NCBI GenBank assembly: GCA_024644875.1
Contig: JAHEGY010000006.1
Coordinates: 11,439 to 75,438, forward strand
Length of the DNA: 64,000 bases
Source: Cyclobacteriaceae bacterium
GTDB taxonomy: Bacteria; Bacteroidota; Bacteroidia; Cytophagales; Cyclobacteriaceae
Reading direction: 5' to 3'
The position numbers and the translations under genes are program-made. Below, piece by piece: positions 25,547-36,041 of this stretch. Below the pieces are notes generated by a model. It was given only the letters and a program-made list of their open reading frames with translations, had not been told where the DNA came from and did no database searches. Every line of letters begins with the position of its first letter. The stretch's first letter is position 1.

Positions 25547-28477
25547 CTAAAATCCAAAATCACCAATCAATATAGACCATTGATGCGGATCGTTTTCATT
25601 ATCCATGGCATAAACATATCTGAAACCTATATTGAATAATGACAAAAACCTCATTAGGTTAAAATCAAAGGATACCTCAACTCCAACTGACCTATAGTAA
25701 TTAATTTGCCTGGGAATATCTTCGGCAGGCCTTTCATAGATATACCCCCTGCCTACATCAAAAAAGAAATTAGTATATATCCTTTGTATATTTAACAAGG
25801 ACCATATAGGAAGGTCCGGATAAATCACCGGGAATGCATAATTAAAGGAATTATTCAGATAATTATCAAAGATCCTGTAGGGATATCCTCTTGTCCAGAA
25901 GATAGGGCTACTGAATAGGTATATATCACTATTGGTTCTATCGTAATTTTGCCATTGATATCCTATCCTGTAGTTTAATGAATGGTGTTTAAACAAACCG
26001 GGAAAAAATAGACGCATTTGAGCGGCAAACATTTCACCTTCATAATTGCTGGCTTCCCATGGTGTATGTTCGTATTGTAGATATAGAAACTGGCCGAATT
26101 TCCCATAAAGATCACGTTTGCTCGTTCTTAACATTCTCCTGTACGAGAAATAGTATTCATTGGATAACAAAGATCCATCCCCCTGCATATCCGGATATCT
26201 TAATGATTCGAAAGATAAATAGTCCTTCACATAACTGTAGTTGTAATTGTAACCCATTTTAAGGTCCTGAATATATTTGGATCGGGTTAACTTAAAGGGT
26301 AGTTCGGCTCCAAGAAGAAATCCCCTTTCATTCCATGTAACCCGAGAAAGGGTGTCTCCTACGATATTACCAGCATCATCGCGGACAGGAAATCGTTCGG
26401 TCACTGCCCGGTCGCCGATGTATCCCTGAGCATTCAATACCGGATAGATCCCCTGATAACTAAAATTACCGATCCACCGACCGGTTTCTTCATTTGCATT
26501 AAATTGATAGCCAAGATTAAGTATTGAGGTACTCATTATATCTCTTGAACTTATACCCACAAATAAGTCCAGATTGGTTGACTCAAGAATTGGGCCCCAG
26601 CTGTAAGGATTTAGAACCTTCGCTCCCAGGTGATACCTCTTAACAGGATATGATTCATTTTTAACACTATCAATAATGTTTATATTACCTTCCTGTGAGG
26701 CAATTGGTTTGAAATAATTTTCGGGTTCAGGAATTATCTGATCAACCGGGATCCAGGATAAAGTATCGAAATCTATTTCGACGACATCATGTCCGTCTTT
26801 CGTAAAATTATTATACAGTATCTTTTCCCCGTCGCTGGAAACAGCGGCATTATAAGATCCAAATTTTGCGGAAGTTACACGGTATCGCTTTTTGGTATTA
26901 ATATTTATTACATATACATTATCCAAACCGTCCAGTGGAGAGTTATATAATACGTAATTCTTAAACATGACAGGATACCCTATATTCTCATAATTTAATT
27001 CCCAGAGATCCTCTTCAGCAGCGGTTTCCAGGTCATAGATCCAAATGGTTTTTCCAGTTTTTGATTGCTTAATTGCTACAATATTGTTGCCATCATCAGA
27101 CCATCTTGGATTTTGAAAAAAATAATTCTGAGGATTGGGGATCTCTCCAATCACATTTCCTGTACCCGTATCTATGATAACTATTTTATGTTTTGAGTCA
27201 TGCGTCGTTTCGACTGTTACGATCACTTTTCCATCAGGAGATAATGCTGCAGAAGAATACCTGCTCTTCCGGGTTACTCTTTTTAATTTCTTTTGCTTCA
27301 GGTCATAGATCTTTATAACAGAATAGGTTTGGTTTCCCCATCTCGGATCAAATTCAATTTCATTCCAGACTATAATATCATTTGCAACAGATAGCATGCC
27401 CGTACCGTTTATTATTCCAGGGACTGACAGCTTTCTATCCTTACCGGCTTCATCAAACTGTACAAACGTGGGTATATCACCGATCCCGGATTTTAATGAA
27501 ATAACAGATCCATCATTCAGGTAATGGGGGTAAGCGTAATCAGAATACGCTTTGGTATACCTGAAATTAACCTGGTTGAACCTGGTTAAGGTCCTCTGAT
27601 CTATTTGATCACGCCATAAACTATCAAGCTCAATCATCATCGATTTATAATTCTGCAACAGGCTCTTGCCACTGTATTTTTTTATTCTATTAGAGAACCG
27701 AAATGGGATAAAAGGCCAGGCCCAGGTCTGCCTTGTTGTCTCGTCAATGATCTTTTCACCGTAGTGGTTTCTTAAATAGCTGGTCATGTAATATCCAAAA
27801 GTATAATGATCCTGAATCTGGTACTTAAAGGATCTTAGATATTGACGATAATAATTAAATGAACCCCTTTCCAATGTATTGGTTCTCATTAACATGCCAA
27901 AATTCGGGATCCTGCCTCTACCCCCTCTGGTAAGGGCTGTTTCAATTACTACTGCGTCACCTTCCCAGAACCATTCAGGAACAGCCAGATGAGCCAGACT
28001 GCTGGAAGCATTATATCCCAGCACATAAAAAACGGCCTTATTAAATTTTGTGATGCTTTTATCGAATTGAACTACATGCCTGAACTCATGAACTGACAAG
28101 AGGTCCATCCAGCCCAACAGGCCGGCAAAATTATAATCCTGTGTGGGCATTGTAAAGAATTCAGATCTTCTCGGAGTCTGTGATACAAATCCATTGGATA
28201 TAGAATGATGGTTTTGAAGAATTATCGATATCTTTTTTGGGGTAACACCCAGACTCTGGCTTACCGGTTTGTATAATTCCTCCATTGTATTCGCGATACG
28301 CTGGCCCTCCTTCAGGAACCCTCCTTCAAACAAAATATTGAAATGAGGGGAATTGATCTGATACCATTTCAATTTTGGAGGATTGGTTGATAAGATCTGA
28401 CTCTGAGCCCAGGAATCAATAACAAAGAATGATTGAATTATAAAAATTAGATAGTATTTTTTCAACCGGCTTAACAT
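25547..28477 (-). CDS. Large secreted protein: HExxH region, TolB/PD40-like beta-propeller repeats and an OMP-like C-terminus
   Basis: Signal peptide (…FVIDSWAQ). HEFRH lies at aa 130-134 (nt 28076-28090, verified on the DNA). Repeated PD40-like SPDGK / SDDGN / SSDGEK strands follow. The C-terminal third is Tyr/Gly/Phe-rich and ends ...LIGDFGF. Confidence 0.75.
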   Translation of the reverse strand: MLSRLKKYYLIFIIQSFFVIDSWAQSQILSTNPPKLKWYQINSPHFNILFEGGFLKEGQRIANTMEELYKPVSQSLGVTPKKISIILQNHHSISNGFVSQTPRRSEFFTMPTQDYNFAGLLGWMDLLSVHEFRHVVQFDKSITKFNKAVFYVLGYNASSSLAHLAVPEWFWEGDAVVIETALTRGGRGRIPNFGMLMRTNTLERGSFNYYRQYLRSFKYQIQDHYTFGYYMTSYLRNHYGEKIIDETTRQTWAWPFIPFRFSNRIKKYSGKSLLQNYKSMMIELDSLWRDQIDQRTLTRFNQVNFRYTKAYSDYAYPHYLNDGSVISLKSGIGDIPTFVQFDEAGKDRKLSVPGIINGTGMLSVANDIIVWNEIEFDPRWGNQTYSVIKIYDLKQKKLKRVTRKSRYSSAALSPDGKVIVTVETTHDSKHKIVIIDTGTGNVIGEIPNPQNYFFQNPRWSDDGNNIVAIKQSKTGKTIWIYDLETAAEEDLWELNYENIGYPVMFKNYVLYNSPLDGLDNVYVININTKKRYRVTSAKFGSYNAAVSSDGEKILYNNFTKDGHDVVEIDFDTLSWIPVDQIIPEPENYFKPIASQEGNINIIDSVKNESYPVKRYHLGAKVLNPYSWGPILESTNLDLFVGISSRDIMSTSILNLGYQFNANEETGRWIGNFSYQGIYPVLNAQGYIGDRAVTERFPVRDDAGNIVGDTLSRVTWNERGFLLGAELPFKLTRSKYIQDLKMGYNYNYSYVKDYLSFESLRYPDMQGDGSLLSNEYYFSYRRMLRTSKRDLYGKFGQFLYLQYEHTPWEASNYEGEMFAAQMRLFFPGLFKHHSLNYRIGYQWQNYDRTNSDIYLFSSPIFWTRGYPYRIFDNYLNNSFNYAFPVIYPDLPIWSLLNIQRIYTNFFFDVGRGYIYERPAEDIPRQINYYRSVGVEVSFDFNLMRFLSLFNIGFRYVYAMDNENDPHQWSILIGDFGF

Positions 28478-28779
28478 ATACTCAAATGATCATAAACCGA
28501 ACCAAGGTCAAACATGTGGGTAAACATACTGTATAACGAATTAAAAAGAAAGTGTATAGTAAAATTGTAATAATTGAATAATTCTAATATTTAAGTTTCA
28601 ATGTAAATCTATAAAATCATGGAAAGTTCAAATTTCTATGTGTAATTATGATGTAGGGTTAGATTAATTTTCTAATATTGCTATATCTATCATGCTTTGA
28701 TAAATGGTTAATGATATAAACAATTTGAATTGCTGAATAATATAATATTTAACTGGTGGCTGTATGATCTTTATCTGGT

Positions 28780-30483
28780 ATGAATAATAGTATTATTCCC
28801 ATATCAATACGATTAGCTGAGATTGCATATACTAAAGGTATGCAACATATTATCATATCCCCCGGTTCAAGATCAGCACCAGTCACCATAGCTTTCGCCA
28901 GACATCCGAATATTAAAACATATGTTATACCGGATGAACGTTCCGCAGGGCATATTGCATTAGGTATGTCACTAAAATTGAACCGACCGGTAGGTTTAGT
29001 ATGTACATCAGGTACTGCTGCCATTAATTTATATCCTGCTATTGCTGAGGCTTTTTATCAGAATATACCACTATTAGTTTTCACAGCTGACCGACCCCCT
29101 GAATGGATTGACCAGGCAGACGGACAGACTATTCACCAGGAAAACCTGTATGGGAAGCATGTCAAAGGATTTTTCAATTTACCGTCAGATCAGATGCAGC
29201 AAGATGGCTATTGGCATCTTGACAGAATTATCAATGAAGCCATGAATAAAGCGATGGATCCTTGTCAGGGTCCTGTCCATATAAACATCCCAATACGGGA
29301 ACCATTTTACCCTGATGATGCGGATGAATACCTGTTCAATAGTAATCCTAAAATTATTGATACTACGGGGAATACTGGTGATTTGAGTACTGAATACTGG
29401 AATAAACTAAAGGATATCTGGAGCAGATCCCGCAATATTATGTTAGTTGCAGGACAATCCAGGTTGGATCCTGATCGAAATAAAGTACTGAATGAATTTA
29501 CTAAAAAATACAGGATCCCTTTGATAGGTGATGCCATTGCAAATATCCATAGTCTGGATAATAATACCATTACACATCATGACTTGATCCTGAGCAAAAA
29601 TATTGAGCTGAAAAAAACGCTGCAACCAGATTTACTGATCACCTTTGGCAATAGTGTTATTTCAAGAAATCTAAAGAATTTTCTCCGGAATGCACAGCCC
29701 GCCAATCACTGGGATATCCGAGAGGCAGGATATCACCCAGATACTTTTCGCTGCTTAAGCCACAGAATCAGATTAAAACCAGATGTGTTCTTCCAAAAGG
29801 CCTTAGGACACTTTCTTGAAAATACCAGATCGAGTGATTACCTCAACCACTGGATTTTTGAGGAAAAAAATACTGATAAAAGCATCACGGAATTTTTCGA
29901 TTCAAACCTTCAATTTTCTGAACTCCAGGCAGTTCATGAGGTTATACATTCCCTTCCTGACAGGGCCGGTCTTCACCTTGCCAACAGCATGCCGGTCAGA
30001 TTGGCAAATCTTATCGCGTGTCTGAAACCCAACATAGAAGTGTTCTCAAACAGGGGGGTGAGTGGAATTGATGGTTGTCTTAGTACTGCAATGGGAATTT
30101 CAATACATTCTGATCATTTGAATTTTGTTCTGATAGGAGATATGGCATTTTTCTATGATAGAAATGGTTTATGGCATGATATTGATTCAGGTAATTTACG
30201 GATCATCCTGTTAAACAATCATGGAGGTGGAATTTTCCGAATGATAGATGGACCATCAAGACAACCAGAACTGAAGGATTTTTTCGAAACCGACCAGAAA
30301 CTATTTGCTAAAAATACCTCATTTGATTTTGATCTTGATTATTATTTCTGCAATGATATCAAAGGATTAAAACTTTATTTCCAACAATTGCTGGTAGATG
30401 ATGGAAAATCAAAAATTCTCGAAATTGAAACTGATAGTCAAATTAATAAAACTATATTTGATAAGTATACATCTCAATTCTAG
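28780..30483 (+). CDS. menD: SEPHCHC synthase (2-succinyl-5-enolpyruvyl-6-hydroxy-3-cyclohexene-1-carboxylate synthase)
   Basis: ThDP-enzyme layout with SPGSRSAPV near the N-terminus, [12 protein letters not shown], and the ThDP motif [12 protein letters not shown]...NNHGGGIF. Confidence 0.9.
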   Translation: MNNSIIPISIRLAEIAYTKGMQHIIISPGSRSAPVTIAFARHPNIKTYVIPDERSAGHIALGMSLKLNRPVGLVCTSGTAAINLYPAIAEAFYQNIPLLVFTADRPPEWIDQADGQTIHQENLYGKHVKGFFNLPSDQMQQDGYWHLDRIINEAMNKAMDPCQGPVHINIPIREPFYPDDADEYLFNSNPKIIDTTGNTGDLSTEYWNKLKDIWSRSRNIMLVAGQSRLDPDRNKVLNEFTKKYRIPLIGDAIANIHSLDNNTITHHDLILSKNIELKKTLQPDLLITFGNSVISRNLKNFLRNAQPANHWDIREAGYHPDTFRCLSHRIRLKPDVFFQKALGHFLENTRSSDYLNHWIFEEKNTDKSITEFFDSNLQFSELQAVHEVIHSLPDRAGLHLANSMPVRLANLIACLKPNIEVFSNRGVSGIDGCLSTAMGISIHSDHLNFVLIGDMAFFYDRNGLWHDIDSGNLRIILLNNHGGGIFRMIDGPSRQPELKDFFETDQKLFAKNTSFDFDLDYYFCNDIKGLKLYFQQLLVDDGKSKILEIETDSQINKTIFDKYTSQF

Positions 30484-30488
30484 AAAAA

Positions 30489-31313
30489 ATGGAACTTAAT
30501 CACCCGTGGAAAGAAATTGTACACTATAAAGAAATACTATTCCAGTATTATAAGGGAGTTGCCAGGATCAGTATTAACCGGCCTGAAAAACACAATGCCT
30601 TTACTCCTTTGACCGTACAGGAAATGAGCGATGCTGTCGAATTATGTCGACAGAACCATGAGATCCAGGTAATTGTTATAACCGGAGAAGGGGGTAAAGC
30701 TTTTTGTTCCGGAGGAGACCAAAGTGTAAGAGGAGAAGGTGGTTATGTTGGAGAAGACGAGGTGCCTCGTTTAAACGTACTTGATCTTCAGAAGCAGATC
30801 AGATCTATCCCAAAGGTAGTTATCGCAGCTGTTGCTGGCTGGGCTATCGGAGGCGGTCATGTCCTGCATGTGATCTGTGACCTTACAATAGCGGCCGAAA
30901 ATGCCAAATTTGGGCAGACAGGACCAAAAGTAGGCAGCTTCGACGGGGGATTTGGTGCTTCTTACCTCGCCAGGATCGTTGGGCAGAAAAAAGCAAGAGA
31001 GATCTGGTACCTCTGTGATCAATACAATGCACAGGATGCTATTGAAATGGGCTTAGTAAATAAGGTAGTGCCTCTGGACAAGCTTGAAGAAACCTATGTT
31101 GAATGGGCTATGAAAATCATGGAGAAAAGCCCAATTGCAATTCGTATGCTTAAATCTGCTTTTAATGCCGAATTAGATGGACAGGCAGGCATACAGGAAT
31201 TGGCTGGAAATGCTACATTACTGTATTATCTGTCTGATGAAGCCAAAGAAGGCAAAAACGCTTTTATTGAAAAGCGAAAACCGGATTTTTCAAAATTTCC
31301 GAAATTTCCATGA
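30489..31313 (+). CDS. menB: 1,4-dihydroxy-2-naphthoyl-CoA synthase
   Basis: Crotonase fold with [18 protein letters not shown] and [13 protein letters not shown], all typical of MenB. Confidence 0.93.
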   Translation: MELNHPWKEIVHYKEILFQYYKGVARISINRPEKHNAFTPLTVQEMSDAVELCRQNHEIQVIVITGEGGKAFCSGGDQSVRGEGGYVGEDEVPRLNVLDLQKQIRSIPKVVIAAVAGWAIGGGHVLHVICDLTIAAENAKFGQTGPKVGSFDGGFGASYLARIVGQKKAREIWYLCDQYNAQDAIEMGLVNKVVPLDKLEETYVEWAMKIMEKSPIAIRMLKSAFNAELDGQAGIQELAGNATLLYYLSDEAKEGKNAFIEKRKPDFSKFPKFP

Positions 31314-31328
31314 TAAAATAATCGGTCT

Positions 31329-32420
31329 GTGGAATCAGTATGGATCAATGGGCATTCCTACCTGCTTGGAGATTATTTAAAGGATCGTAGTACATTTGAT
31401 AATCTTCCCGTTTTTGAGAAGGAAATCATATCGTTCATTAAAGAATGGAAGACAGGCAGAGATAGATTCCACCTAAACTCTTCAGGATCAACAGGCACAC
31501 CAAAGAAAATTACCCTGTATCGGGATCGTATGATTCTAAGTGCTGAATCCACCCTGAATTTCCTGGGTATCCCGGCAGGAGGTAAAGCATTACTATGTCT
31601 TGATCCGCGTTATATTGCCGGAAAAATGGTTATTGTCAGGTCACTCATCGGAGAGCTGGACCTCTATGCTGTTGATCCCAAATCTAATCCACTTAATGAA
31701 TTTGAGCCAGAATGTAAAATAGACCTGGCTTCCTTTGTCCCTTACCAGATAGCCGAGATCTTAGAGGAGTCTAACAGCTTGAGAAAATTCCGGAATATAA
31801 AAAATGTGCTCATAGGAGGTGCCGGGATTTCTCCACGACTGGAAAGAAAATTAAAAGCTTTTAAAAATGATATCTACCACACTTTTGGAATGACAGAGAC
31901 TGTATCTCATATAGCACTAAGGCCGCTATCGGATATGGCACAATCTCAGTATTTCAAGGTATTGCCCGGGATAACTATTGGAAGGGATGAGAGAGGGTGC
32001 TTAATCGTAAAGGGAAAGATTACGGAAGATGAAAAACTCTTCACCAATGATCTTGTGGAGATCGCAAGTAAGGAGGAGTTTGAATGGAAAGGCCGTATAG
32101 ATCAGGTCATTAACACCGGCGGGATTAAAGTCAATATGAATTTACTTGAGATAAAGATCCGTGAAATCCTGGAATCCATTAAAATTCATAATGATTTCTT
32201 TGTTGATCACATAGCGGATGAGAAACTAGGTGACAAAGTTGTATTGATTTTAGAATCCGAATCTATGGATATTGATTTGGGAATAATTAAGGAAACCTTT
32301 AAGAAACGGTTAAGCAAATTTGAGATACCTAGGCAAATTCAGTTTGTTAAAAAATTTGCTCGTACAAATACGGGCAAGATAAACCGGAAATTGATCATGA
32401 GACAAATCCGGGGATTATGA
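31329..32420 (+). CDS. menE: O-succinylbenzoate-CoA ligase (short AMP-binding enzyme)
   Basis: AMP-binding motif SSGSTGTPKKI, plus YHTFGMTET, and a C-terminal TNTGKINRK. GTG start 15 bp after menB. Confidence 0.8.
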   Translation: MESVWINGHSYLLGDYLKDRSTFDNLPVFEKEIISFIKEWKTGRDRFHLNSSGSTGTPKKITLYRDRMILSAESTLNFLGIPAGGKALLCLDPRYIAGKMVIVRSLIGELDLYAVDPKSNPLNEFEPECKIDLASFVPYQIAEILEESNSLRKFRNIKNVLIGGAGISPRLERKLKAFKNDIYHTFGMTETVSHIALRPLSDMAQSQYFKVLPGITIGRDERGCLIVKGKITEDEKLFTNDLVEIASKEEFEWKGRIDQVINTGGIKVNMNLLEIKIREILESIKIHNDFFVDHIADEKLGDKVVLILESESMDIDLGIIKETFKKRLSKFEIPRQIQFVKKFARTNTGKINRKLIMRQIRGL

Positions 32421-32506
32421 ACATATCCTGAAAAGTTACAATTCCTGGCGTTCTAATGTACACTATCTTTCAACCCCATACTGTCATGTAGACAACAATG
32501 ATCATG

Positions 32507-33295
32507 TTATTCTCTATCCTTTAACTTCATTACTTCCTGCTGCAGTTCGAGAACAATATTTTTCAAATTTTCTATATCCGTACCAGGTTCAGATGAAGGA
32601 TCTGGAAAATTCTGACTTATGAACATGACAGCTTCCCAGATCTCCATAATATCTTCAATATTCACCTCATACGATTGGTAGAATTTATTATCTGATACCA
32701 GTTCAAATGTGTTTTCTTTGGAATCCTCCCGAAATACCCTTTTAAATACGATTCCTTCAGTTTTGGTTAAGAGGATATAGGGTTTTCCTTCTTTTATATC
32801 TCCGGGTGTTTCCAGATACTTGCATATGATTATTGTACCTGGCAATAAAGGCAGCATGGAATCCCCACTGATCTCAAATGCCCGGTAGGTACCGTTCTTA
32901 GACAGGAATGGCAATTTGAATTTGGGCATATCCTCCAAATATTCAGGATCTGCATATCCATTCAAATACCCTGCCGAGGCTTTTTGGGGTATTAAATCAA
33001 TATATTCTTCACCCTCCTTATCTACAGTTATGGCTAAAACTTTTGATTTTGGTTTTTGATTGAACACATTCCCAAATGCACTCTCAAAGCCGGAAACATC
33101 CTCACTGATCAAAGTATCCACTGATACCTTAAATATTTCAGAGATCTTTAAAAGGTTATTCAACCTGGGATCAGCCCGGCCCTCTTCATAGGCACCCAGT
33201 AAAGACCTTTTAATTCCTATTTTTCCAGCTAATTGTTCTTGAGTAAAGTGGTTGTTCTTACGTAGGAATTTAATGTTATCACTGACAATGCTCAT
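32507..33295 (-). CDS. CI/XRE-type HTH plus S24 peptidase repressor (non-canonical LexA-like)
   Basis: N-terminal HTH (FTQEQLAGKIGIKRSLLGAYEEGR). S24 catalytic Ser in GDSMLP and Lys in GIVFKRV. An Ala-Gly pair (KASAGY) sits in the linker. Confidence 0.85.
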   Translation of the reverse strand: MSIVSDNIKFLRKNNHFTQEQLAGKIGIKRSLLGAYEEGRADPRLNNLLKISEIFKVSVDTLISEDVSGFESAFGNVFNQKPKSKVLAITVDKEGEEYIDLIPQKASAGYLNGYADPEYLEDMPKFKLPFLSKNGTYRAFEISGDSMLPLLPGTIIICKYLETPGDIKEGKPYILLTKTEGIVFKRVFREDSKENTFELVSDNKFYQSYEVNIEDIMEIWEAVMFISQNFPDPSSEPGTDIENLKNIVLELQQEVMKLKDRE

Positions 33296-33300
33296 AATAT

Positions 33301-33350
33301 TTTTAGCAATTTGGTTGTTCTAATTTCGGAATTTCCAATCATTTTAGCAA
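33301..33350. promoter_or_regulatory. Two direct TTTTAGCAA repeats upstream of the S24 repressor gene (candidate operators)
   Basis: TTTTAGCAA at 33301-33309 and 33342-33350, 41 bp apart, within 55 bp of the start codon at 33295. Confidence 0.35.
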
Positions 33351-33453
33351 GAATTATCAAAAATATTGGCCAATCTGATATATGCATTCAGCAATATCAA
33401 TAATTTCTTGGCTGAGAAGATCCTGAAACCACTAAGGCCGGATAAAACATATC

Positions 33454-33726
33454 TCAGATCATTTGACTGAACACCATAAAGGTGGAATCAAAAATCGACC
33501 GCGTCCCCACATTATAAAGATGCTTATGGTAATAGCCATCAGGCTGATCAATTCCATCCAGTTTTTTAAGTATGGTTTCCACGATATACCGGACCGTTTT
33601 ACCTGGTTCGACCAGAATATACCCATAATACGGATTTCCATTCTGGGTTGTAAGGTAAAACTTAACCTGGCTGTTTCCTGAGGGCAACTTTTTGGAATAT
33701 ATTTTTATTTTCTGAGCGTTTGACAT
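33454..33726 (-). CDS. Small hypothetical protein, upstream of and co-oriented with the S24 repressor gene
   Basis: 90-aa ORF (MSNAQKIKIYSKKLPSGNSQVKFYLTTQNGNPYYGYILVEPGK...). It is divergent from dinB. No recognised family. Confidence 0.5.
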   Translation of the reverse strand: MSNAQKIKIYSKKLPSGNSQVKFYLTTQNGNPYYGYILVEPGKTVRYIVETILKKLDGIDQPDGYYHKHLYNVGTRSIFDSTFMVFSQMI

Positions 33727-33776
33727 AGCGTTAATCGGTTAAAAATCAATTTCAATATTTCAATATTACTATTATA

Positions 33777-33846
33777 TTTAGTATTTTAGTATATAAATTT
33801 AGTAATTTTATCTTTACAGGACAAATAATTGTTAATATTTTTAGTA
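33777..33846. promoter_or_regulatory. Four same-orientation TTTAGTA repeats in the dinB / small-ORF divergent promoter (candidate operators)
   Basis: TTTAGTA at 33777, 33785, 33798 and 33840. The last two are 42 bp apart, close to the 41-bp spacing of the pair at 33301/33342. Confidence 0.35.
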
Positions 33847-33891
33847 TTTATGCTAAAGACCTTAAATATTTAACTATCGGGCAGATACAAT

Positions 33892-35091
33892 ATGTTATAT
33901 CCCCCAAATCACAGGTCCATCATTCATATGGATCTCGACACGTTTTTTGTATCAGTCGAATGCCTCCGGGACAATCGTCTGAAAGGCAAGCCCCTGATTA
34001 TCGGGGGATCGGGGGACCGGGGTGTGGTTGCCGCATGCAGTTATGAATCCCGGCACTTTAGCATATATTCGGGCATGCCCATGAGACTCGCACGGCAGCT
34101 CTGTCCTGATGCCATCATAATTTCAGGTGACATGGATGCCTATAGCAAGTATTCCCGATCGATCACAGAGATCATCGCTGAAGCATCACCCGTATTTGAA
34201 AAATCTTCGATCGATGAATTTTATATTGATGTCACAGGAATGGACCGTTTTTTTGGCTGCTACAAGTGGGGAAGCTGGCTGAGAAAAAGGATCATTCATG
34301 AAAGTGGCCTCCCGATATCCATGGGCTTATCCATTAATAAACTTGTATCAAAAGTAGCTACCGGCGAATCCAAACCGAATGGGCAACGTCACATCCTGGA
34401 GGGGCAGGAGAAAATATTTCTGGATCCACTCCCTATTCGCAAGATCCCGATGGTGGGAGAAAAAACCGGCCAGTTTCTTATGGAGATGGGGATCAAAACC
34501 GTACATACGCTCAGGTTAATGCCGATAGAAATGCTACAGGCAGCATTTGGAAAAAATGGTACAGAGCTCTGGAAAAGAGCGAACGGAATAGATCATTCAC
34601 CGGTAGTACCTCACAGTGAACAAAAATCCATCTCTACTGAAATGACCTTTGAATCGGATACTATAGATGTAAAAATGATGAAATCTGTGATCACGGCAAT
34701 GGTGGAAAAGATAGCCTTCCAACTGCGAAAAGAGCAAAAGCTTACATCCTGCATTGCTGTTAAGATCAGGTACAGTAATTTCGAAAACGTATCCATGCAA
34801 CGGAAGATCGCATATACTTCGTCGGACAGAACATTGATCCATCAGGCACTGGAATTGTTTGATAAACTTTATGCCAAGCGCCTGCTGATACGTCTTGTGG
34901 GAGTACGCTTCAGCGGACTGGTACACGGTAATTATCAGATCACTCTTTTCGACGATACCATAAGCGATATTAACCTCCACAGCGCCATGGACAGGATGAA
35001 GGTCAAATATGGCTCGAAAAGTGTGATCAGGGCAGTTACCCTCGACACAAGTAGCAGGATCAGGATGAACCAAAACCTGTTTAAAGGATAA
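33892..35091 (+). CDS. dinB: DNA polymerase IV (Y-family)
   Basis: IIHMDLDTFFVSVE (catalytic Asp), SIDEFYIDVTG, and GLSINKLVSKVATGESKPNG. Confidence 0.93.
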   Translation: MLYPPNHRSIIHMDLDTFFVSVECLRDNRLKGKPLIIGGSGDRGVVAACSYESRHFSIYSGMPMRLARQLCPDAIIISGDMDAYSKYSRSITEIIAEASPVFEKSSIDEFYIDVTGMDRFFGCYKWGSWLRKRIIHESGLPISMGLSINKLVSKVATGESKPNGQRHILEGQEKIFLDPLPIRKIPMVGEKTGQFLMEMGIKTVHTLRLMPIEMLQAAFGKNGTELWKRANGIDHSPVVPHSEQKSISTEMTFESDTIDVKMMKSVITAMVEKIAFQLRKEQKLTSCIAVKIRYSNFENVSMQRKIAYTSSDRTLIHQALELFDKLYAKRLLIRLVGVRFSGLVHGNYQITLFDDTISDINLHSAMDRMKVKYGSKSVIRAVTLDTSSRIRMNQNLFKG

Positions 35092-35371
35092 AATAAACGG
35101 ATCTGCCAGATTGTGGTGTTTGATCCTGAATATGTGGACTAATCAAACTAAGGTGTAAAGATCTGTAATGTAGATCAAATACGCTGATTGCAGCGTAATT
35201 AAATTTAAGTGCCTGAATCGAACCGGTGTGATATATGATTATTGGAATATCTTAAGTAGGGAATTCACAGGTCAAAGACAAATAGAGTTCTGTGGATATC
35301 ATATCCGTTCGACAGAACACATATTTTATCCCGAATTTAATATCTTTGATCCTCGTTCATATAAAAAGACA

Positions 35372-36037
35372 TTGAGAAAAATTCATACGGTACTATTTGT
35401 AGCTTTTTTAATCCTGATGGGAACAAACCCATCAAAATCACAAGGAATTAAAATTGCAAAATTAAAATACAATGGGGGTGGTGACTGGTATGCAAATAAA
35501 ACAGCACTCCCAAATCTGATATCATTTTGTAACAGCAGATTGAATATGGGACTTGCCCTGGAAGAAGATATTGTGGAAGTTGGCAGTAGTGATCTTTTTC
35601 TATACCCCTATTTATATATGACCGGACACGGTAATGTAGTATTCTCGACGCAGGAAGCTGAAAATCTTAGAAACTATCTTATCGGAGGGGGATTCCTGCA
35701 CATTGATGACAATTACGGACTTGATCAGTTCGTAAGGCTTGAAATGAAAAAAGTATTCCCGGAACTGGAATTCATTGAACTTCCCTATGCTCACCCGATA
35801 TATAAACAGCGTTTTTCTTTCCCTGAAGGCCTTCCCAAAATTCACGAGCATGATGGTAAACCTTCACAGGGTTTTGCACTGATTCATGAAGGCAAGGTAG
35901 TATGTTTCTACTCTTATGAATGTGACCTGGGAAATGGCTGGGAAGACCAGAGTATTTATAATGATCCTGAAGAATTACGACTCGAAGCACTAAAAATGGG
36001 GGCCAATATACTTTCCTTTGCCTTTATGCAATATTAA
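35372..36037 (+). CDS. DUF4159-domain protein
   Basis: KIAKLKYNGGGDWYANKTALPNLISF is the typical DUF4159 opening. The ORF track starts at GTG 35228, but that extension contains a nested hairpin (35287-35318). The TTG at 35372 gives a signal-like MRKIHTVLFVAFLILMG. The start is uncertain. Confidence 0.7.
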   Translation: MRKIHTVLFVAFLILMGTNPSKSQGIKIAKLKYNGGGDWYANKTALPNLISFCNSRLNMGLALEEDIVEVGSSDLFLYPYLYMTGHGNVVFSTQEAENLRNYLIGGGFLHIDDNYGLDQFVRLEMKKVFPELEFIELPYAHPIYKQRFSFPEGLPKIHEHDGKPSQGFALIHEGKVVCFYSYECDLGNGWEDQSIYNDPEELRLEALKMGANILSFAFMQY

Positions 36038-36041
36038 TCCT

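Noticed and set aside
35228-35371. The N-terminal 48 codons of the DUF4159 ORF as given in the ORF track.
   Set aside because: The extension has no signal or domain character and contains a nested perfect hairpin (35287-35318). The TTG at 35372 yields a plausible signal peptide just ahead of the conserved DUF4159 opening. The start remains uncertain.
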